The position numbers and the translations under genes were made by a program. 64,000 bases of DNA, from the NCBI GenBank assembly GCA_963796055.1, contig CAWCKH010000004.1:2688001-2752000 (forward strand), written 5' to 3'. Of this stretch, positions 44,130 through 58,205 are shown in pieces; positions within the stretch are counted from its first letter, which is position 1, and each line of letters starts with the position of its first letter. Under the pieces are notes generated by a model, which did no database searches, was not told the DNA's origin, and saw only the letters and a program-made list of their open reading frames with translations. This stretch comes from an uncultured delta proteobacterium (GTDB lineage Bacteria > Myxococcota > Myxococcia > Myxococcales > Myxococcaceae).

Positions 44130-45635
44130 CTACAGCTCGTCGAGGAACTCGTCGTTGTAGGTGTAGCGCGACAGCCGCTTCACCAGCGCCTCCATCGCCT
44201 CCACCGGCTTCACGCTGAAGAGCATCTGCCGGAGCTTCTTCACCTTCTCGTACTCCTTCTGGGTGAAGAGCTTCTCCTCCTTCCGCGTACCCGACTGGGG
44301 GATGTTGATCGCCGGGAAGATGCGCTTCTCGGCCAGGAGCCGGTCGAGGGTGATCTCGCTGTTCCCGGTGCCCTTGAACTCCTCGAAGATCACCTCGTCC
44401 ATCCGGCTTCCGGTGTCGATGAGCGCGGTGCCGACGATGGTCAGCGAGCCAGCCTCCTCGGTGGCCCGCGCGGCGCCGAAGATGCGCTTGGGGCGCTCCA
44501 GGGCACGGCTGTCCACGCCGCCGGTGAGGGTGCGGCCCGAGCTGTCGACCTCCTTGTTGAAGGCCCGCGCCAGCCGGGTGATGGAGTCGAGGAGGATCAT
44601 CACGTCCTTTCCGCTCTCCACCATGCGGCGGGCCCGCTCCAGCGCCAGCTCGGCCACCTTCAGATGGTCACCGGTGGGCCGGTCGTTGCTCGAGGCCAGC
44701 ACCTCGGCCTTGATGCTCCGGCGCATGTCGGTGACCTCCTCGGGACGCTCGTCGACCAGGAGCACCATCACGTGCATCTCGGGATGGTTGGTGAGCACCG
44801 CCTGGGCAATGCGCTGGAGCATGATGGTCTTGCCGGCCTTGGGCGGGGAGACGATCAGCGCCCGCTGGCCCTTGCCCAGCGGGGCGATGAGGTCCAGCAC
44901 CCGGGTCACCATCTCCTTGGGCCCGTGCTCGAGCCGGATGCGCTCCACCGGGTCGATGCTGGTGAGGTCGTTGAAGTGGGGGAGCCGCGGCGCACCCTCC
45001 ACCGGGCGGCCGTCGACGGTCTCCACGCGCTGGACCAGGCCCTTCTGTCCGCGCATCTGGGCCATGGCAGTCACGTACTGGCCCTGCCGGAGCCGGAGCT
45101 TTTGCACCAGGTTCTTGGGGAGCTCGGCGTCCTCGGGACCGGGCAGGAGGTTCCGGCGGATCTGCCGCAGGAACGCGTTGGGGCCCTTGGCCTCGGTGTC
45201 GAGCACGCCCTCCACGGCCACCAGATTCGGCTGGGCCTGGACCGGAGGCGGCCGGGGGGCGCCGGCCGGCGCCTGCTGCCCGGGCTGTGGCTGCTGCTGC
45301 TGGCGCGCCTGCCACTGCTGCAGCTCCTGAGGGGTGAGGAAGACCTGGTTCTGCTGGCCGTCCGGGCCGGTGAGCATCCGGTAGGCCTGGCCCTCGGGAG
45401 TGAAGAGGACCGGAGCGCCGCGTCCGCGGCGGCGGCGGCGGCGGCGGCGGCGGCCGGGGCCGGGCCCCTGGCCAGGAACCGGGGCGGGACCTCCGCCCGG
45501 GCCGGCGGTCGCGCCAGGAGCCGTCTCGGGCTCGTCGGGACCGTCGTCCGCGCCGTCGTCTCCGTCGGCTTCGGGAGCCTCGGGCGCACCGGCCGGGGCG
45601 GGGAGGCTGTCGAGGGTGTCGTTGTCGTTGCTCAT
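44130..45635 (-). CDS. rho: Transcription termination factor Rho with an atypical N-terminus
   Basis: PLGKGQRALIVSPPKAGKT, LVDERPEEVTDM, LDSITRLARA, TGGVD and FEEFKGTGNSE. Confidence 0.95.
   Translation of the reverse strand: MSNDNDTLDSLPAPAGAPEAPEADGDDGADDGPDEPETAPGATAGPGGGPAPVPGQGPGPGRRRRRRRRRGRGAPVLFTPEGQAYRMLTGPDGQQNQVFLTPQELQQWQARQQQQPQPGQQAPAGAPRPPPVQAQPNLVAVEGVLDTEAKGPNAFLRQIRRNLLPGPEDAELPKNLVQKLRLRQGQYVTAMAQMRGQKGLVQRVETVDGRPVEGAPRLPHFNDLTSIDPVERIRLEHGPKEMVTRVLDLIAPLGKGQRALIVSPPKAGKTIMLQRIAQAVLTNHPEMHVMVLLVDERPEEVTDMRRSIKAEVLASSNDRPTGDHLKVAELALERARRMVESGKDVMILLDSITRLARAFNKEVDSSGRTLTGGVDSRALERPKRIFGAARATEEAGSLTIVGTALIDTGSRMDEVIFEEFKGTGNSEITLDRLLAEKRIFPAINIPQSGTRKEEKLFTQKEYEKVKKLRQMLFSVKPVEAMEALVKRLSRYTYNDEFLDEL
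45426..45452. repeat. (CGC)9 trinucleotide tract encoding Arg9 in Rho
   Basis: Perfect GCG x9 on the + strand. Confidence 0.9.
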
Positions 45636-45819
45636 CCAGTGCTCACGGGGGGTGAGAGGCGAGGCGGAGGACAGGGCGAGAGCACGGATGCGCTCACGAG
45701 CCCCGATCGTTCCGGCAAGCCCCGGAGTGGGTCCCCATCGGCCAGCCCGGGAAGTGGGCCCGACCCGACGGAGACGCCATCCTTATAGCAGGGATGCGCC
45801 CGGGCTGCAGCCGAAGCCG

Positions 45820-48291
45820 CTACTGCACCCGCAGCTCGAACGGCAGCGCCGCCTTCATCCCCGGCTCGAGGAGGAAGAGCGAGGGAAGCCCGACTTCCCG
45901 GGCCAGGCGTTGCAACGCATCGGGTTCCGGGGCTGCCCGCTCTCCGCCGATGCCGAGCTGCGTGAGAACTCCGTTCTCTGCGGCCAGCGCCGCGAACAGG
46001 CCCACCGGCCCGCCGTAGGTCACGAGCTGCAAGTCCTCGCCCTCCGGCACGCCCGCGCGGCGCCGGGCCTCGGCCACCGCCTCGGGCAGCCCCCCGAGCG
46101 CGTCGACCAGGCCGCGGGCGCGGGCGTCCTCGCCGGACCAGATGCGGCCGCGCGCCACCGCGTCCACGCGCGCCGGATCCATCTTCCGGCTCCGCGCCAC
46201 CTCGTTCACGAAGTCCTCGTAGAAGGCGTCCACCCAGCGCTGCGCCGCCGCCTGCTCCGCCGGCGTCCACGGGCGGTACAGCCCGAGGATGTCCGCGAGC
46301 GGCCCGCGCTTCAGCGTCTCGACGTTGACCCCGATCTTCTTTCCCAGCCCTTCCAGGCCGGGCTTGAGGACGAAGACGCCGATGCTCCCGGTGAGCGTCG
46401 TCGGCTCGGCCAGCACCCAGTCGGCGCCCATCGCCGCGTAGTAGCCGCCCGACGCCGCGGCGCTGCCCATGGTCGCCACCACCGGCTTCCGCGCCCGGGC
46501 ACGCAGCACCGCCCGGTACATGATGTCCGAGGCGAGCCCGTCGCCGCCGCCGCTGTCCACCCGGACCACGATCGCCGCGACCCGCGGGTCGCTCTCCGCA
46601 TCCCGGAGCGCCCGCTGGACGGTCTCGGCGCCGGCAGACCGGGAGAAGCCGAACGGGTCGCTGCGGCTCCGGCCGGCGGTGATGGTGCCGATGACCGGGA
46701 CCACCGCGACGCGCCGCGGCTCTCCCCAGCGACGCTCGGGCGGAGGCGGCCAGTAGGTGCCCACCCAGCGGCCGTCCGGCACCAGCGCGGCGCCGGCGCG
46801 ATCGAGCTGCGCCGGGTCCACCACGTCGTCGGCGAGCTTCTCCCGCACTGCCATCCGAGGCGGTAGCAGCCCCTCCTCGAGCACCTTGCGAAAGCGCTCC
46901 GCGGGCAAGGTGCGGGACTGGGCGACCAGGCCCTCGTAGCGGCGGGACTCGGCGTCGAGGAAGGCGTCCAGCGACTCGCGCTGCTCGCGGCTCATGCTCG
47001 ATCGGGTGAGCGCGTCGGGCGCGTCCTTGTAGGGTCCCACCCGCGCGACGTCCCACTTGATGCCCAGCTTCTGCATCGTCTCCCCGAGGAAGATGGCGGT
47101 CGCCGAGAGGCCGTTCACCTCGAGGAACGATTGCGGCGACACCCAGATGCGGTCGGCGCCGGTGGCGATCAGGTACTCTTTGTCCCCTGCGGAGAGCAGC
47201 ATCACCGCCACGCGCTTGCCCCGCTGCCGGAGCCGGACCAGCGCGGCGCGGAGCTCCTCGGCCTGGGCCATCCCCACGGGCAGCCGCTCGATCTTCACCA
47301 CCAGGCCCGCCAGGGTGCGGTCCTCGCCCGCGCGCTCCAGGCGGCGGAGCAATCTCAGGTACGGATCCTCGCCACGGATGCCGAGCAGCCCCAGCGCCGA
47401 GTCACCCCCGGCCAGAGCGTCATCGAGGTCGATGAGCCCCACCCGGCCGCCGAACAGCTCCACCCCGCGGTAGCGCGAGGCCGAGAGGCGTGCGGAGACG
47501 AGGTGGTCCGTCCCGTTCGGTCCTCCACCGAGCGCGTAGCCCGCGCCGGCGTACGCGCCGTTCAGGGTGAGGGACACCTGCCAGAACCATGGCTCGCCCG
47601 CCTCGCGCCAGCTCTTGGTCACCGAGGTCCCCAGCACCACGCCTCTCACCACCTCGGCCTGGACCACCGCCCCGATGCGGCTCTGGTCGAGGGAGTTGAA
47701 CCCCGGGAACTGCCAGTTCGCGCCCAGGGTCAGCCAGTCGCCCCAGGGACGGAGGCCGAAGGCCAGCTCCCACGTGCGGGTGTGCGCCTCGTCGCCGATG
47801 TCCTTCAGAGCCAGGCCGAGTGCCAGCGAACGCATCGGCCGGCTGGAGAGGCCGAGGTCCCAGGTGTTCGGTCCAGGCGCGCTGCCGAGGTTGGGGGTGT
47901 AGACGTTGAAGCTCGTCCCGGCGCTCAGCCACTGCCCGCCGACGGAGAAGGTGTACGAGGTCTTCCGGTAGCCGCTGCGCTCCGTCCCCGCGTAGGGCCC
48001 GCGCACCCAGTCCAGCCCGACGCCGAAGCCCACCCAGTCGAAGAAGGTGCTACCGAAGTAGAGGCCGTCGACGATGGAGTCCAGGTGGAGGTTTCGCTCG
48101 TGCTGGTAGATGAGCATCGGGCCGCCGATGAACTGGAGGCCCGCGGGGTTCACCTCGGGAGCGGTGACCTCGTCGGCCAGCGCGGCGTTGGTGGGCGGAA
48201 GGGTCGGGCGGAGCTCGCCGATGGCCGAGGCCTGGGCGTACACCAGGCCGGGAACGAGCAGGAGGACGAGGGCGACGATCGGGCGAGTCAC
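45820..48291 (-). CDS. sppA: Signal peptide peptidase SppA (tandem S49 domains) with an N-terminal beta-barrel-like domain
   Basis: VGPYKDA (catalytic Lys), RVDSGGG, AASGGYY (catalytic Ser), TGSIGV, GRIWSG and LVDALGG. Extra ~270-aa N-terminal region after a cleavable signal peptide. Confidence 0.9.
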   Translation of the reverse strand: MTRPIVALVLLLVPGLVYAQASAIGELRPTLPPTNAALADEVTAPEVNPAGLQFIGGPMLIYQHERNLHLDSIVDGLYFGSTFFDWVGFGVGLDWVRGPYAGTERSGYRKTSYTFSVGGQWLSAGTSFNVYTPNLGSAPGPNTWDLGLSSRPMRSLALGLALKDIGDEAHTRTWELAFGLRPWGDWLTLGANWQFPGFNSLDQSRIGAVVQAEVVRGVVLGTSVTKSWREAGEPWFWQVSLTLNGAYAGAGYALGGGPNGTDHLVSARLSASRYRGVELFGGRVGLIDLDDALAGGDSALGLLGIRGEDPYLRLLRRLERAGEDRTLAGLVVKIERLPVGMAQAEELRAALVRLRQRGKRVAVMLLSAGDKEYLIATGADRIWVSPQSFLEVNGLSATAIFLGETMQKLGIKWDVARVGPYKDAPDALTRSSMSREQRESLDAFLDAESRRYEGLVAQSRTLPAERFRKVLEEGLLPPRMAVREKLADDVVDPAQLDRAGAALVPDGRWVGTYWPPPPERRWGEPRRVAVVPVIGTITAGRSRSDPFGFSRSAGAETVQRALRDAESDPRVAAIVVRVDSGGGDGLASDIMYRAVLRARARKPVVATMGSAAASGGYYAAMGADWVLAEPTTLTGSIGVFVLKPGLEGLGKKIGVNVETLKRGPLADILGLYRPWTPAEQAAAQRWVDAFYEDFVNEVARSRKMDPARVDAVARGRIWSGEDARARGLVDALGGLPEAVAEARRRAGVPEGEDLQLVTYGGPVGLFAALAAENGVLTQLGIGGERAAPEPDALQRLAREVGLPSLFLLEPGMKAALPFELRVQ

Positions 48292-48496
48292 CCCCACTGC
48301 TTCCTCCAGGTCCGGGGTTCCCGGCAGCAACAATGCGGCGGCTGGCAGCCGGTCCGACAGTGCTCGGCCGCCCACCGTTTCTTGCCAGGTGGGCCCCCGC
48401 CGTTAGGATGCCCTCGCTGCTGCAGGGTGCTACAGGGGAGAACTACGCGGATTTCCTCGCCTTCTTCCTCGGCAGGCGGGCGCCCGGAGCGAGGCG

Positions 48497-50863
<2,367 letters not shown>

Positions 50864-50865
50864 CC

Positions 50866-52814
<1,949 letters not shown>

Positions 52815-52818
<4 letters not shown>

Positions 52819-53267
52819 GCGGTGAGCGGCTGGCGCTGATCGGCCTGGACGCACCCGAGTACGCCCAGGAGCACGATCTGAGGTGGCGGATGCTGCGGAT
52901 GCCGCTCGGCCAGGAGCGCGACGCGGTGGCCTTCCCCTTCGAGGCCGAGAGCCTCCATCTGGTGGCGCTCGATGCGGGGAGGGTCGTCGGCTGCGTGCTG
53001 TTCCACCCCGAGGGGCCCGCGACCGGTCGCCTCTTCCAGATGGCCGTCGAGCCCGACCGGCAGGGGAGGGGGCTCGGAACGCGCCTGGTCCGCGCCCTCG
53101 AGGACGAGGTCCGCGCGCGTGGCTTCCGGGAGATCACTCTCCACGCGCGGGACACCGCGGTCGGGTTCTACGCCCGGCTGGGGTACGTGTCCTTTGGAAT
53201 GCCATACGTCGAGGTCGGAATTCCGCACCAGAACATGCGGCGCACTCTCGAGCCCCGGCAGGCCTGA
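52815..53267 (+). CDS. GNAT family N-acetyltransferase (start uncertain)
   Basis: [14 protein letters not shown] acetyl-CoA motif, [14 protein letters not shown] and EVGIPH. Family-like sequence extends upstream of the ATG at 52890. Confidence 0.85.
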
Positions 53268-53485
53268 GGCCAGGCAACGTCAGCGGCTGCGAACGGTGAA
53301 ACGCCGGCCCCGCCCTCGCACTTCGTGAACGTGGGCGAATTCGAGCTCGGCACCGTGCTCGCGCTCGATGCAGGCCGGGTCTGGGCCCGCCTGGGCGACT
53401 CCGACGTGGGGCCGATCCACGTTCCATCTCGACTTCGGGGAGCTCTTCTGAGCTCCGGCTGCCGCGAGAGCTCGCAGAACGGAGG

Positions 53486-54193
53486 TCAGAGCCTCTCGCG
53501 GACGTTGGCGATGGCCATCAAGGTGAGATCCGCCGCCTTCCCGGAGGAGGCGGGGTTCTGTCCCGTGACCAGCCGCCCGTCGGCGATGGCGAACGGCTGG
53601 AAGCTCGGCCCGGTCTCGACCTTGGCGCCCAGCGACTCGAGCCGGGTCTGGAGGAGGAAGGGCACCGCCCTGGTCAGCCCCACGGCCTCCTCCTCGGCGT
53701 TGCTGAACGCGGTCACCCGGCGGCCGGCCACCACCGGGCGCCGATCCGAGTCCACGGCGCGCAACAGTCCGGCCGGACCGTGGCACACGGCGGCCACCAC
53801 GCGCCCGGAAGTCCAGGCCCGCGAGACGGCGCTGGCCAGGGCGAGGCTGATCGGGAAGTCGAACATCGTGCCGTGGCCACCGGGAAGGAAGACCGCGTCG
53901 AAGCGGGTCGAGTCCACCGACTCGATCGGGACCGAGCGGGTGAGCGTCCGCGCTGCGGCCGGATCCGCCAGGAACCGCTCCACCGCGGGCGCCTCGGGAC
54001 CAGTGGGAGGGGTCGAGCGCGGATCCACCGGAATCTTCCCGCCCTGGATCGAGGCCACGCTCACCTCGGCGCCGGCATTCGCGAATCGCAGGTAAGGGAC
54101 CGCGAGCTCCTCCAGCCACAGGCCGGTGGGCTTCTCCGTGTCCCCCATCACCGCGTGCGACGTCGTCACCATCAGGATCCTCGGTGCCACCAT
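53486..54193 (-). CDS. DJ-1/PfpI (class I GATase-like, Hsp31-type) protein
   Basis: TGLWLEEL, FLPGGHG, AVCHGP nucleophile elbow, VTAFSN and VTGQNPAS. GAGGAG RBS. Confidence 0.9.
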   Translation of the reverse strand: MVAPRILMVTTSHAVMGDTEKPTGLWLEELAVPYLRFANAGAEVSVASIQGGKIPVDPRSTPPTGPEAPAVERFLADPAAARTLTRSVPIESVDSTRFDAVFLPGGHGTMFDFPISLALASAVSRAWTSGRVVAAVCHGPAGLLRAVDSDRRPVVAGRRVTAFSNAEEEAVGLTRAVPFLLQTRLESLGAKVETGPSFQPFAIADGRLVTGQNPASSGKAADLTLMAIANVRERL

Positions 54194-54492
54194 CCGTGTT
54201 TCTCCTCGGCCGGGGAGGTAACGCCGGAGGCGCTCCCGCGCCCGGGACACCCACGCATCGCTGGAATCCCGCTGTCGGCGGTGCTGGCCATGCACCCGGC
54301 CAGCGCCAGTGGAACGAGCCATCGGCCACCCCCGAACAGCTTCGTCGGCAGTCGCATCGGAGGGCCTCCCCGAATCCTGGTACCCGCGAGGGCATTGTCG
54401 GTTAACCGTCGACCGGCAGGAAACCGGGGCGGGGAGGGCGCGGCGACCACGGGTGGTGGCACAATGCCTCCCCGGAGGTCGTCGGCCGGTCC

Positions 54493-55152
54493 ATGCCCGC
54501 TCAGCTCTTCCTGCACCAGCTCCAGCTCGGGCCGATGCAGAACTTCGTGTACCTGGTCGGGACCGAGGGGCAGCGCGATGTGGTGGTGATCGATCCGGCC
54601 TGGGACGTCGACGCGATCGAGAAGACCTGCGTCATCCACGGCAAGCGGCTGTGCGGGATTCTCCTCACCCACTCACACAAGGACCACACCAACGGGGTGG
54701 GGGAGCTGCTCGCCCGGCGCGACCTCCCGGTCTATGCCAACCGGACCGAGATCGAGTTCTCGGAGGATCTCCGGTCCTTTGCCGGCGCCCTCCAGCCGCT
54801 CACTCCCGGGGACCCGGTCCCGCTCGGCGGGGTCAGCGCGAAGGTCATCCATACCCCCGGCCACACTCCCGGCTCCCAGTGCCTGTACGCCGCGGACGCG
54901 CTCCTCTCCGGCGACACCCTGTTCGTCAACGGCTGCGGCCGCTGCGACCTGCGCGGTGGTGACCCGGGACAGATGTACGCCACGCTGTACCAGACGTTGC
55001 GCAAGCTGCCCGGTGGTACCCGCCTCTTCCCGGGGCACGACTACGGAGACGTCCCGGTCTCCTCGCTGGAGCGCGAGGCATCCCGCAATCCCTACTTCCA
55101 GCTCAAGGATTCGGCGTCGTTCGTCGCATACCGGATGCGGCCGCGGACCTGA
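54493..55152 (+). CDS. MBL-fold metallo-hydrolase (glyoxalase II-like)
   Basis: QNFVYLV, IDPAW, THSHKDH, HTPGHTPGS, SGDTLF, GCGRCD and PGHDY. Confidence 0.9.
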   Translation: MPAQLFLHQLQLGPMQNFVYLVGTEGQRDVVVIDPAWDVDAIEKTCVIHGKRLCGILLTHSHKDHTNGVGELLARRDLPVYANRTEIEFSEDLRSFAGALQPLTPGDPVPLGGVSAKVIHTPGHTPGSQCLYAADALLSGDTLFVNGCGRCDLRGGDPGQMYATLYQTLRKLPGGTRLFPGHDYGDVPVSSLEREASRNPYFQLKDSASFVAYRMRPRT

Positions 55153-55876
55153 CCGCCTCCAGCGCGTCCGTCGGCCCGGGTGTCGCTCTGCGGAGCGAGA
55201 CGGCGGCGGCCAGGGCGAGCACCGCCACCGAGGCCGCGGACCAGAGCAAGGACCAGATCAGCGCCGGGACGTGCGTCTGTGCCGCCAGGAGCACCGCGTC
55301 GCTCGGCCCCCCGCCCCCCGGACGCCAGAGGTCGTCGCGCAGGTCGAAGAGCGCGTAGAGCCCGGTGAAGACGGCGATGACCATCACCAGAGCTCGCACC
55401 GCTCCGGCGGGCAGGACCCGGGCCAGCACCAGCAGCACCGCCCCCATCACCAGGCAGTAGCCGACGGTGAAGGCATTGCCGGCGTAGATCAGCCCCATCG
55501 CCGTCACCCAGACGCCCATGGCGTAGAGCACCGCCCGGTGCAGCCGGAAACGGAAGGCGAGCACCAGCTGGAGGGCGCCGGACAGGGCGCTGCCCACGTA
55601 TCCCGCCGAATAGACCGCGATCTGCGGAAGCCAGCCCACGGGGAGAGCGGAGAGACACTGGCCCGACTCGTCGGCGCCGACGACGATGCGCTCCACCCGC
55701 CCGCCGAGGAGCAGCGTTGCCAGGGCGTGGCCCGTCTCGTGGACCAGCACCACCAGGAGCCGGAGCGGCGCCAGCCACGGGGCGCTCCAGAAGAAGAGGC
55801 CGGCCAGCACCAGGACGGCCAGCACGACGAGTCGCCCGGCGTCGAGGCCGGAGCGAGGGCGGAGGAGTTCGGGCAC
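55103..55876 (-). CDS. M50 family (M50B-like) membrane metallopeptidase
   Basis: HETGH zinc motif inside a TM helix, SAGY, SDA motif and multiple TM helices. Confidence 0.85.
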   Translation of the reverse strand: MPELLRPRSGLDAGRLVVLAVLVLAGLFFWSAPWLAPLRLLVVLVHETGHALATLLLGGRVERIVVGADESGQCLSALPVGWLPQIAVYSAGYVGSALSGALQLVLAFRFRLHRAVLYAMGVWVTAMGLIYAGNAFTVGYCLVMGAVLLVLARVLPAGAVRALVMVIAVFTGLYALFDLRDDLWRPGGGGPSDAVLLAAQTHVPALIWSLLWSAASVAVLALAAAVSLRRATPGPTDALEAVRSAAASGMRRTTPNP

Positions 55877-56005
55877 GGAAAGGTCCCATCGTCAGGACGT
55901 TCCAGGCCCGCTGTCTATTTCACGGTCGACCCTCCTCGGGCCGCCACTCCCCCGGCCTTCCCGACCCGAGAAAGGGTGAGGAGACCGGGGGCACCCGCGG
56001 AACGA

Positions 56006-56299
56006 CTACTTGCCCGTACCGCTCGTGTCGGTCGAGCCCGAGCCGCCGGTGCTGGTGGACGTGTCGCCCTTCTTCTTCTCCTTCTCCTTGGTGCTGGTCG
56101 TGCTGGACTTGCTGCTCTTCTCGGTCGTCGATCCGGATCCGCCCGTGCTGGAGCCCGAGTGCATCGGGTCCGTGGTTCCGCTCGTCGTCCCAGCGCTGCT
56201 CTTGTCCGGCGGCGTCGTCGAGCCTCCGGATTGCGCGAAGGCAGCGCCCGCCGCCAGCATCGACACCACCGCCAACCGCTTCCACCAACTGTTCTGCAT
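56006..56299 (-). CDS. Small secreted disordered Ser/Thr/Gly/Lys-rich protein
   Basis: AGGAG RBS, signal peptide ending AFA|Q, low-complexity mature region. Confidence 0.72.
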   Translation of the reverse strand: MQNSWWKRLAVVSMLAAGAAFAQSGGSTTPPDKSSAGTTSGTTDPMHSGSSTGGSGSTTEKSSKSSTTSTKEKEKKKGDTSTSTGGSGSTDTSGTGK

Positions 56300-56454
56300 G
56301 GATGAACACTCCTGTGACGGAGGGCGGTCGTCGCCCTCCTGAGACCCCCAAGCTGGGGCCTCCCCCGTGGATGCGGAACCGGGCCGGCGGTCTGCTCGGT
56401 CGGTGCAGGCACGCTCGCCCGAGCCACCGGCGGAACGGCGTCTCCCGTGCGGTC

Positions 56455-58122
56455 CTACGCCTGGTCCAGCGCCTGCTCGCTCTCGTCTTGGCGGGTCATG
56501 CCCCAGTCCTTGAGACGCTTGAAGAGCGTCGAGCGCGCGACCCCGAGCTCCTTCGCTACCCGCTCGCGGTTGTTGTTGAACTGTCGCAGCGCCGACTCGA
56601 CGATCTGCCGCTCGGCGAGCTCGAGCAGCTCCTCGAGCTTGCGACCGGGGATGTACTGCCCGGCGAGCGTGCTCCCGTTCCGTTGCCTGGGAGAGGGGTC
56701 GGGGTCGAAGGAGAGGTCCGCCTCGTCGATCGCCGCCCCGCGGCGCAGGAGCAGTGCCCGATGGACGACGTTGCGCAGCTCGCGGACATTGCCCGGCCAG
56801 TGGTGGGCCTCCAGCCGGGCCAGGGCGGCCGGGGTGAACCGCACCGTCTGCCCACGGGGCGAGAACTGCGCCAGGAGGAATTCGGCCAGCGCGGGGATGT
56901 CCCCCCGTCGATTGCGGAGCGGGGGAAGGGTGAGGGGGACGACACAGAGGCGGTAGTACAGGTCGTCGCGGAACTGGCCCGTCCGGCTCGCGGCGAGGAG
57001 GTCGCGGTTGGTCGCCGCCACCACCCGTACGTCCACGTGGCTCGGACGGCTCGATCCCACCCGCTTGATCTCGCCCGACTCCAGCGCGCGCAGCAGCTTG
57101 GCTTGGAGATCCAGCGGAAGGTCGCCGATCTCGTCGAGGAACAGCGTTCCCCCGTCCGCCTCCTCGAAGGCCCCCTTGTGGGCGCCGATCGCTCCGGTGA
57201 AGGCGCCCTTCTCGTGGCCGAACAGCTCGCTCTCGATGAGCTCCTTGCTGATCGCCGCGCAGTTCACCGGGACGAAGGGCCGCTCGGCGCGTGGGCTCCG
57301 GGCGTGGATGGCGCGGGCGACCAGCTCCTTGCCCGTCCCGGACTCGCCGAGGATGGTGACCGCGGCCGCCGAGGGCGCGACCCGCTCGATGAGGTCGATC
57401 AGCAGCCGCATCGCCGGGTCCTCGCCCACCAGCCCCTCCCAGGTGACAGGAGCGTCCCTGCGCGCCGACGTGGCCGGCTCGAGCAGCACGTCGGTCTCGC
57501 CGATGCGCAGCTGGGTGTGCAGCGGCACCTCGGCCTCGAACAGCCGTGCCGCGCCGAGCCAGGTGCCGTTGGTGCTGGCGTGGTCGAGCACCAGGAAGCG
57601 GGCGCCGCGGCGGGTGATGCGGAGGTGCTTGCCGGAGGTGAAGCGGTCGTCGAGGACCAGGTCGTTGCCGGGGTCCTTCCCAATCGTCGCTCCCTCCCCG
57701 ACGAGGCGGTGGACCGACTCGGTGCCGGCGTGCCGCAGACGGATCTGCGCCGCCTGCCACCGCTCGGAGACCCCCTCGGCCCGGGGTTGTGCGACCGTGC
57801 CCCGTACCTCGGTCTCGGGCGCCGCGTCGGTGCTCGCCGCGTGCGCCCGGAAGATGGCCCGCCATTGCCCGAGCACGATCTCTGCGCCGTCGGTCAGCGG
57901 AGCTCGGGGCGCACGCGCGCCTCCGACCACCGTCCCCTTGCCCGAGAGGTCCTCGACGGTGGCGGAATCGCCGGAGACGACGACCGCCACCTGTTGCCTG
58001 CTCACCTCCGGATCGGGGATGACCACGTCACAGCGATCCCCGCGACCGAGGACAATCCTCGGGCGATCCAGCGTGAAGCGGAGTACCTCCTCGCCACGCC
58101 GCAAAAACACCAGTTCCGGCAT
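56455..58122 (-). CDS. Sigma-54-dependent enhancer-binding protein with two FHA domains
   Basis: Two FHA-like repeats, [38 protein letters not shown] and a Fis-type HTH. Confidence 0.93.
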   Translation of the reverse strand: MPELVFLRRGEEVLRFTLDRPRIVLGRGDRCDVVIPDPEVSRQQVAVVVSGDSATVEDLSGKGTVVGGARAPRAPLTDGAEIVLGQWRAIFRAHAASTDAAPETEVRGTVAQPRAEGVSERWQAAQIRLRHAGTESVHRLVGEGATIGKDPGNDLVLDDRFTSGKHLRITRRGARFLVLDHASTNGTWLGAARLFEAEVPLHTQLRIGETDVLLEPATSARRDAPVTWEGLVGEDPAMRLLIDLIERVAPSAAAVTILGESGTGKELVARAIHARSPRAERPFVPVNCAAISKELIESELFGHEKGAFTGAIGAHKGAFEEADGGTLFLDEIGDLPLDLQAKLLRALESGEIKRVGSSRPSHVDVRVVAATNRDLLAASRTGQFRDDLYYRLCVVPLTLPPLRNRRGDIPALAEFLLAQFSPRGQTVRFTPAALARLEAHHWPGNVRELRNVVHRALLLRRGAAIDEADLSFDPDPSPRQRNGSTLAGQYIPGRKLEELLELAERQIVESALRQFNNNRERVAKELGVARSTLFKRLKDWGMTRQDESEQALDQA

Positions 58123-58205
58123 CCGACGGCCCCCCCGTACGTAGTACCCCACGCTACCAGCGGGCCCGCCAGGAGTTCAACGTCGTCACCCGGGGTGCGC
58201 TCCCC

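Noticed and set aside
53268..53485. Possible ORF start (MNVGEFELG...) between the GNAT and DJ-1 genes
   Set aside because: It runs antisense through the DJ-1 gene and has no family features.
55103..55152. 50-bp convergent overlap of the MBL hydrolase and M50 peptidase
   Set aside because: Short 3' overlaps are common in GC-rich genomes; no sign of function.
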